NCBI GenBank assembly: GCA_002633005.1
Contig: NMRA01000508.1
Span: 270,100-315,281 of the forward strand
Source: Phoronis australis
Taxonomy: Eukaryota > Animalia > Phoronida
Reading direction: 5' to 3'
DNA: 45,182 nucleotides
Positions 38,735 through 45,182 of the stretch are shown piece by piece (position 1 is the first letter of the stretch; each line of letters starts with the position of its first letter). The translations under genes and the position numbers were made by a program. The notes beneath the pieces were generated by a model, which searched no databases, was not told the origin of the DNA, and saw only the letters and a program-made list of their open reading frames with translations.

Positions 38735-41368
38735 CAGGCCCGTAGCCAGCATTGCGCAGGGGGTGGTTCGAATTTTTTGAATGCTGGACCTTTGATACTT
38801 TGCAAACGTCGACACTGTGGAGTTTTCATTAAGGCTCTCAGTTGACGCAGCTTAATCAGAGGAAGGGAAATTTGTATACACAACGATGACTCAGTTCTAT
38901 GTTTTTGAGATGAGACGGAATTAGTAATACCAGAGATGAGGATGCCGTGACGGCTCGCCGGTTCCCCGCGTGCCGCTAGGTAGTAGCCAGCACGCAGGTA
39001 CCAGGCAGTAGCACGCGCTTTATTACTGGTTAATGTAACCTCGAAAGTCATTGGTTAGCTTTACAACAAAGTGAGAAAATGGCAGACTATGGACAATTTT
39101 AGCCTTGTCCATGCAAGTGGTGTAGCAGCAACTATTTTGTTTCTGCAGTAGGCCTAATGTTTAATAGCCGCGTGCTCAGAAGCACATATATACATGAACA
39201 ATAAACACGCCGTCATTTGGTCGATTTAACTAGTGTGTTATTCATACTGTATAAATACAGGACAGTAGGTCTAACATAAACAAAAGCCAGCGACATCAGG
39301 AAGATGCAATCCGAAAGGAGCAACCACAATTTTCTGAGATTCACATTTCTTGAACATGAATTTTAAGCACCGATTTGTCTGTACAACAGACCACATTTAC
39401 ACTTCCTCCATCAGTCATGTCAGTTTGTTTGGGTAAAGTGATGCTTGTTGAGAAATCGACCAGCCGATCAGAAACGCCGGTGTAAAAAAAATTCCCGAGG
39501 AAAATTAAGTGACCAGGCTTGCTGGCTACCACCCAGCGTCACGCAGGGAACCAGCGAGACCGTGACGGTTGCTCGCAAAAAATGGGACTCATTTCGGATG
39601 TAATGTGGTCCAAAGCGTTCTCCTCGTTACTTCTTGCCAAATTTTCAAATCATTCGTGCTTAAATGAGTGATTACACTTTCTCGGTCAGAAATATTCAGT
39701 TGGAGATTAACTTAACGAAAATTTTTATCTAGTTATATTTTTCCGTGTTAAGGTTATTGCATTTTAAACAATTTTTAGTGGGAATTTTGATGGATTATCA
39801 TCCACGATGCATTCATCAAATCTATGTCAAGGTCGCATCATTTCACAGCGCGACTGAAAAGTTTTGGGCCGCTGCGTCTGAACCTCACCCACCGGAACCA
39901 CGCACAGGCTTGTCGAAATCAAATGTAGTTAACAGGCTACCCAGTCCCTGCCGGCTTCACGTAGTCAGTGAGCCCCATTCAGTCTTCTTAAATTTAAGAC
40001 CGTTGGTCGCCGCAGCCCATACCTGTGCCCCAGATGTTGTCCCTAATTGAGAATGAGTCGTTAATTAGATTCAAGTATCACTATTGGTAGTGATTGGAAC
40101 CGATCTCAACAATGAAATCAAAGCATTAAGAAATAGTCAACTTTTTGCACACCTTTTTACTAAATTGACACAAATACTATAATTTATTCACGTTTGTTTC
40201 GACTCATTAGCAAACAATCAGAGTAATGAACTGTTTGGCTCAGTGGTTTGAGGCCTGGACCACTACTGTTTGTGAGAGACCCGAGTTTTCAGTAAGGGTA
40301 ATACCTGTAATACCTGTCACGGACAGTATCATTGGGGATATGCTGGTGCATTAATCCCCTCCCCAGACCATCCCCGTGACAGCGGAAGGTGCAGAACCCC
40401 AGGGCTGACGTTGCCTGTAAGCATTTGATTAGACAGTAAGGGGTGGGGGTAGGATTCGTCCGAATCCGACGCGCGTAGCGCCTAGCATAGGGAAGGTCGG
40501 GAGGGGATTCCTCCTCTTGTGTAAGATTTTGTTTGGTTGTTTTCCTGGTGACATTTTTTTAATTTTTATCTTTAATCCTTTCCCGAAGGGAGCGTTTGAA
40601 CCCCCTGAACACCCCTCCGCAGTCCCGCCTCTGCTTGGAAATCTTTTCCATCAAGTTGCTCGCATGAAGTGTGTGAGGCTATGCACCATAGACACTAGTG
40701 ACAAGAGAAGTCTATCTCCATTGACCAGAGTTTTTATTGGGCTTAGACCTACTTTCCCCCAAAAAATGTGAACGTGCTCTTCGGTGTTTTCTCAGAGCAA
40801 GCAAACACGGTTATAGTTAAATTCAGGTTTTTGACCTACGACGGAGGGCGTCGACTTCTACTGAATTTAAAAGGACGGAAACGCACATACGTGTACACGA
40901 ATGCATGTCAATCCACCAATCCACTCACGAATTGGACACTATACAATGAGAAACATACCTGTATTTTACAAACATTTTCAATTCCAAATTTGGAAACCTC
41001 TGCCCTTTACCGTACTGTGCTACCAAGCAATATCAGATAACAAACCTATTTTCTGCTGTTTTGCTTCATGGTCGATTTTAAGGCATTGTGACTTTTGGGA
41101 GCTCAATCGCTGCTATATAGCTTAGCTAGGTATAGGCATTTACTTCTAGACTCTCTTGTTTCCCTACGGTGTAACCACCACGTGTGTTCAATGCTGATGA
41201 GTAACATAAAGCCTCCTCTAGTCGTCTGCACGATCCTGTCATCTACGAAAATACCACTCGGACCATCTGTATCATATCTTTAACGGATAGGCAAGGGCGG
41301 GAGCTTTTCCGCGGGGGGTGGTTCGTTCGAACCCCTCGAACCCCCCCCCCCCCGTGCCTACAGGCCTG
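38735..41368. mobile_element. Possible hAT-like non-autonomous element(s) in SLC1 intron 1
   Basis: CAGGCCCGTAG ... CTACAGGCCTG (10/11 inverted), GGGGGTGGTTCG motif near both ends; no clean 8-bp TSD, so these may be two separate fragments. Confidence 0.35.
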
Positions 41369-42105
41369 CTACGGTAGACAACACAGAACTTTGCGTATCT
41401 GGAAATCTTGGTTGACCACGACAGATGTATCTCTTTCAATACTGCTAAATGTGAAAAAGGGTGAGTTTCTAACTTGCTGACTTTCTAAAAGGGTGTGTAT
41501 CCTGTTTTTAGCGGGGCACCTGTCAAACGATTGACGTTTGAAACAACAATTTAAGCAGGATTTTTAAATTGAATATTAATGTTTTAAAAAGTGAATTAAA
41601 GACAATCTTGATTCATAATATTCGAGTGGACTTATTTTCAGACTCAGACCTGGTGTAGAAAAAATCTCCTCCTCCTCCTGACCGTCAGTGGTGTATTCAT
41701 GGGCGTGGTGCTTGGGTTGTGTCTCCCATTGGTTGAGCCGAGTGATGACGTGATCTTATTGGTCAGTTTTCCTGGGGAAATCTTCATGCGCGCACTGATG
41801 ATGATCATGGTCCCCCTCGTTGTCACAAGCATTGTGTCAGGTAGGCAAATAAGGAACTTCCATTAGGAATTCTGGGGTGAAACAAATGTTTTTCTCACTT
41901 TTAGACGCGACGATTGGATTGCGTGCAAACTGCAAAATCGTAGAAACATAAGAATGTCCTCACTTACGGCTCGTGGATACATGTCCTTAGGAGAGAGATG
42001 CTTACGAATCGAGCAAATAATAATTGCGCCTACATACAGATAATCCGACAAACAAATCATCGTCAGGTTTATCTGTTTGTGTGTGTGTGCGTGCGTGCGT
42101 GCGTG
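40620..42105 (+). repeat. Tandem near-identical duplication (copy 2: 42107-~43650), probable uncollapsed haplotype
   Basis: Colinear from CAGTCCCGCCTCTG to the (GT)n/(GCGT)n microsatellite; N joins at 42106 and 42964. Confidence 0.88.
41642..41840 (+). CDS. SLC1A: SLC1/EAAT (dicarboxylate/amino acid:cation symporter) exon, TM1-TM2, copy 1
   Basis: TQTWCRKNLLLLLTVSGVFMGVVLGLCLPLVEPSDDVILLVSFPGEIFMRALMMIMVPLVVTSIVSG; the FPGE..MR.L.M...PL motif of SLC1; TTTTCAG| and CAG|GTAGGC. Family-level call only; this frame is not in the ORF track. Confidence 0.9.
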
Positions 42106-43194
42106 NCAGTCCCGCCTCTGCTTGGAAATCTTTTCCATCAAGTTGCTCGCATGAAGCGTGTGAGGCTATGCACCATTGACACTAGTGACAAGAGAAGTCT
42201 ATCTCCATTGACCAGAGTTTTTATTGGGCTTAGACCTACTTTCCCCCCAAAAATGTGAACGTGCTCTTCGGTGTTTTCTCAGAGCAAGCAAACACGGTTA
42301 TAGTTAAATTCAGGTTTTTTGAACTACGACGGAGGGCGTCGGCTTCTACTGAATTTAAAAGGACGGAAACGCACATACGTGTACACGAATGCATGTCAAT
42401 CCACCAATCCACTCACGAATTGGACACTATACAACGAGAAACATACCTGTATTTTACAAACATTTTCAATTCCAAATTTGGAAACCTCTGCCCGTTACCG
42501 TACTGTGCTACCAAGCGATATCAGATAACAAACCTATTTTCTGCTGTTTTGCTTCATGGTCGATTTTAAGGCATTCACACCGCAATGTGACTTTTTGGGA
42601 GCTCAATCGCTGCTACATAGCTTAGCTAGGTATAGGCATTTACTTCTAGACTCCCTTGTTTCCCTACGGTGTAACCACCACGTGTGTTCAATGCTGATGA
42701 GTAACATACATAAAGCCTCCTCTAGTCGTCTGCACGATCCTGTCATCTACGAAAATACCACTCGGACGAAGTGGGTCGAGTACCGAACAGCTCGATGATA
42801 ACGTGAAGCGCTTTGGATCAGATGCAAATTCAAAATTATTACTAACTTAGATAACAATTGTAGTAAGTAGTACCAGTAGCTGCATCAATTTTGTTGCTGT
42901 CCATCTGTATCATATCTTTAACGGATAGGCTAGGGCGGGAGCTTTTCCGCGGGGGGTGGTTCGNTGCTACGGTAGGCAACACAGAACTTTGCGTATCTGG
43001 AAATCTTGGTTGACCACGACAGATGTATCTCTTTCAATACTGCTAAATGTGAAAAAGGGTGAGTTTCTAACTTGTTGACTTTCTAAAAGGGTGTGTATCC
43101 TGTTTTTAGCGGGGCACCTGTCAAACGATTGACGTTTGAAACAACAATTTAAGCAGGATTTTTAAATTGAATATTCGAGTGGACTTATTTTCAG

Positions 43195-43393
43195 ACTCAG
43201 ACCTGGTGTAGAAAAAATCTCCTCCTCCTCCTGACCGTCAGTGGTGTATTCATGGGCGTGGTGCTTGGGTTGTGTCTCCCATTGGTTGAGCCGAGTGAAG
43301 ACGTGATCTTATTGGTCAGTTTTCCTGGGGAAATCTTCATGCGCGCACTGATGATGATCATGGTCCCCCTCGTTGTCACAAGCATTGTGTCAG
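43195..43393 (+). CDS. SLC1A: SLC1/EAAT exon TM1-TM2, copy 2 (allelic duplicate, D>E change)
   Basis: Same 199-nt exon with GAT>GAA (PSEDV); the rest of the gene lies beyond the window. Confidence 0.88.
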
Positions 43394-43630
43394 GTAGGCA
43401 AATAAGGAACTTCCATTAGGAATTCTGGGATGAAACAAATGTTTTTCTCACTTTTAGACGCGACGATTGGATTGCGTGCAACCTGCAAAATCGTAGAAAC
43501 ATAAGAATGTCCTCACTTACGGCTCGTGGATACATGTCCTTAGGAGAGAGATGCTTACGAATCGAGCAAATAATAATTGCGCCTACATACAGATAATCCG
43601 ACACACAAATCATCGTCAGGTTTATCTGTT

Positions 43631-43698
43631 TGTGTGTGTGTGTGTTTGCGTGCGTGCGTGCGTGTGCGTGCGTGCGCGTGCGTGCGTACGTATGTGTG
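43631..43698. repeat. (GT)n/(GCGT)n microsatellite
   Basis: Direct reading; shorter copy at 42078-42105. Confidence 0.9.
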
Positions 43699-44202
43699 TT
43701 TCACGATGCATTTACATTTATTTTACCATGTCTTGAAACGTTTTTAATCCAAGCATTCGCCAAAATATATTTATAGGAAAGAAGTTCTACCAGTTCTACA
43801 TGTATATGAGTCAATAATGATGCAGTTAGCCGTAAATAGGACATAGGGGTGCCAAATGGCATTCTAAGTGACTTTCTCTGGACGGTTGGGGCTACATGTA
43901 TGTCTTATCATAATCTGCACCCTGATGCTGGGTGAAACCACGAGCCTCTAACCTAACTCGATATCTATCGATGTTTCCGTCGGCCGGGTTTAGCATTTAC
44001 ATGTACCTTTAAGGTAGGTGTATACACTGATCAAATCTCCAGGTTCCTAACTAAAATGAGTAAAAAGGGAGTTTTAACTAGTTAGACATGATTCTGAAAG
44101 TGACAAAAATCGAAAAAAAATGTTCTTTTGTAGTTCGTTTTTTTTAAAAATCGTATTTTTTAATTTTCAACAAATCCAATTTTACCTCGAATTTTTTTTC
44201 AA

Positions 44203-44992
44203 AACTAACTGACAAAAAGTGTGTGGATGCTGAAGCCCCGTGTGTGCTCTATGACTGCAGTTCCATTCGGAGACTACAGACTACACAACATTACTTGGTA
44301 AGTTTTTAGCAATCAGTTTCTATCAACATCGTTCGGGGATGTTATCCCCACCAGTTACCCCACTGAATAACAGTTTTGTTGAGTGGAACTAAGTGTTTCT
44401 TTTTGGAAACTCACCCGATGCCGGGTAGGCTAGCAGCACTTATTCGTATTGTCCTGGGTGGGAGTGCTCCCAAAATAAGAGGTCTATGGTACGTGATGCA
44501 CAGAAGTCAAGAGTGACTTTTTCACAGCAGTTTCTCTTCAAAACTATGCTGTTTCCAATAAAATTCTCTAGATGAGTGAGTTTCCTTATTTTATCGAGGA
44601 CTCCACCCCCAGGACCACCAGCTCAGTTATCGAATTAACATGAATAAGCCTTAATTCAGTAAATGTCGTAACATTGCATTGGAAAAAATTGACACCTAAA
44701 ATTAATTTTACTTGTTGAGATCAGAAGCACATTTTAAGTGCCATGTAAAATGCACATTGTTAAATCACTTTTAGCCTGTTTCACATATTTTAATTCAGAT
44801 ATTAAGTAAGACTTGGGTACAAAGGTCAAGTATGTTCTGCCTTTTTGCAAAAGTAGTTTTGTCTTGTCTTTTCTTTTACAATTTGCTAATATTTCTATTC
44901 TGTTACAGGCAAGAAAAAACAACTGAAACCAACTGCCTGACCATCTATTTCACCGTTGGACAAAGTGAAAAGCAATCCTTCAGCAATAACCT
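44203..44992 (-). repeat. ~790-bp dispersed repeat, copy 2 (inverted relative to 514-1305)
   Basis: Reverse-complement match; TTAA-GGTAGG at 44009 may be the left end of a Kolobok-type host element. Confidence 0.9.
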
Positions 44993-45182
44993 GAGAGAAT
45001 TGAACGTAATTCAGAAATTCAGCCTCTGATATGCCTGATTATGGACTCCCTCGCAATGATGTTTCTTTCTGTGCTTTTTCACTTTGCCATTTGTTTTTAA
45101 ATACACTGATAATTGTTTATTCTCGAATCTTGTGCATAGCAGATTCTTATTCAGCTAGCTACAATTGAAAACATACAATAAG

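Noticed and set aside
41644-41832. Minus-strand 62-aa ORF (and 43197-43385)
   Set aside because: Antisense shadow of the SLC1 exon.

Overview
Eukaryotic (invertebrate animal, probably lophotrochozoan; taxon is an inference) AT-rich, intron- and repeat-rich draft-assembly sequence. It contains two N gaps (22560-22776, 28420-28719) and four single-N joins (4141, 17308, 42106, 42964). (1) A minus-strand multi-exon gene (~33619 to 9596) encodes a predicted ~690-aa type-I membrane protein: IgGFc-binding-protein (FCGBP) N-terminal domain, two D(N/D)D(C/G)DGKVDE(E/D)..C repeats, one TM helix, and an Asp/Ser-acidic then Lys/Glu coiled-coil cytoplasmic tail. One of its introns is GC-AG. (2) The 5' end of a plus-strand SLC1/EAAT-family amino-acid transporter lies head-to-head with it; exon 2 is present twice. 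(3) An orphan 99-codon minus-strand ORF lies between the two genes. (4) DNA-transposon relics: two TTAA-TSD Kolobok-type elements (one with a THAP remnant), a 3.9-kb CCCA-terminated EnSpm-like element, a decayed AcademX-like XPG nuclease region, MITEs and a tRNA-derived SINE. Four near-identical tandem duplications abut N joins and look like uncollapsed haplotypes. Comparing the copies shows a polymorphic TA-TSD insertion, a TA>TACATGTA excision footprint and a deletion-linked micro-inversion. No prokaryotic systems or CRISPR arrays were seen, and no novel system is proven.
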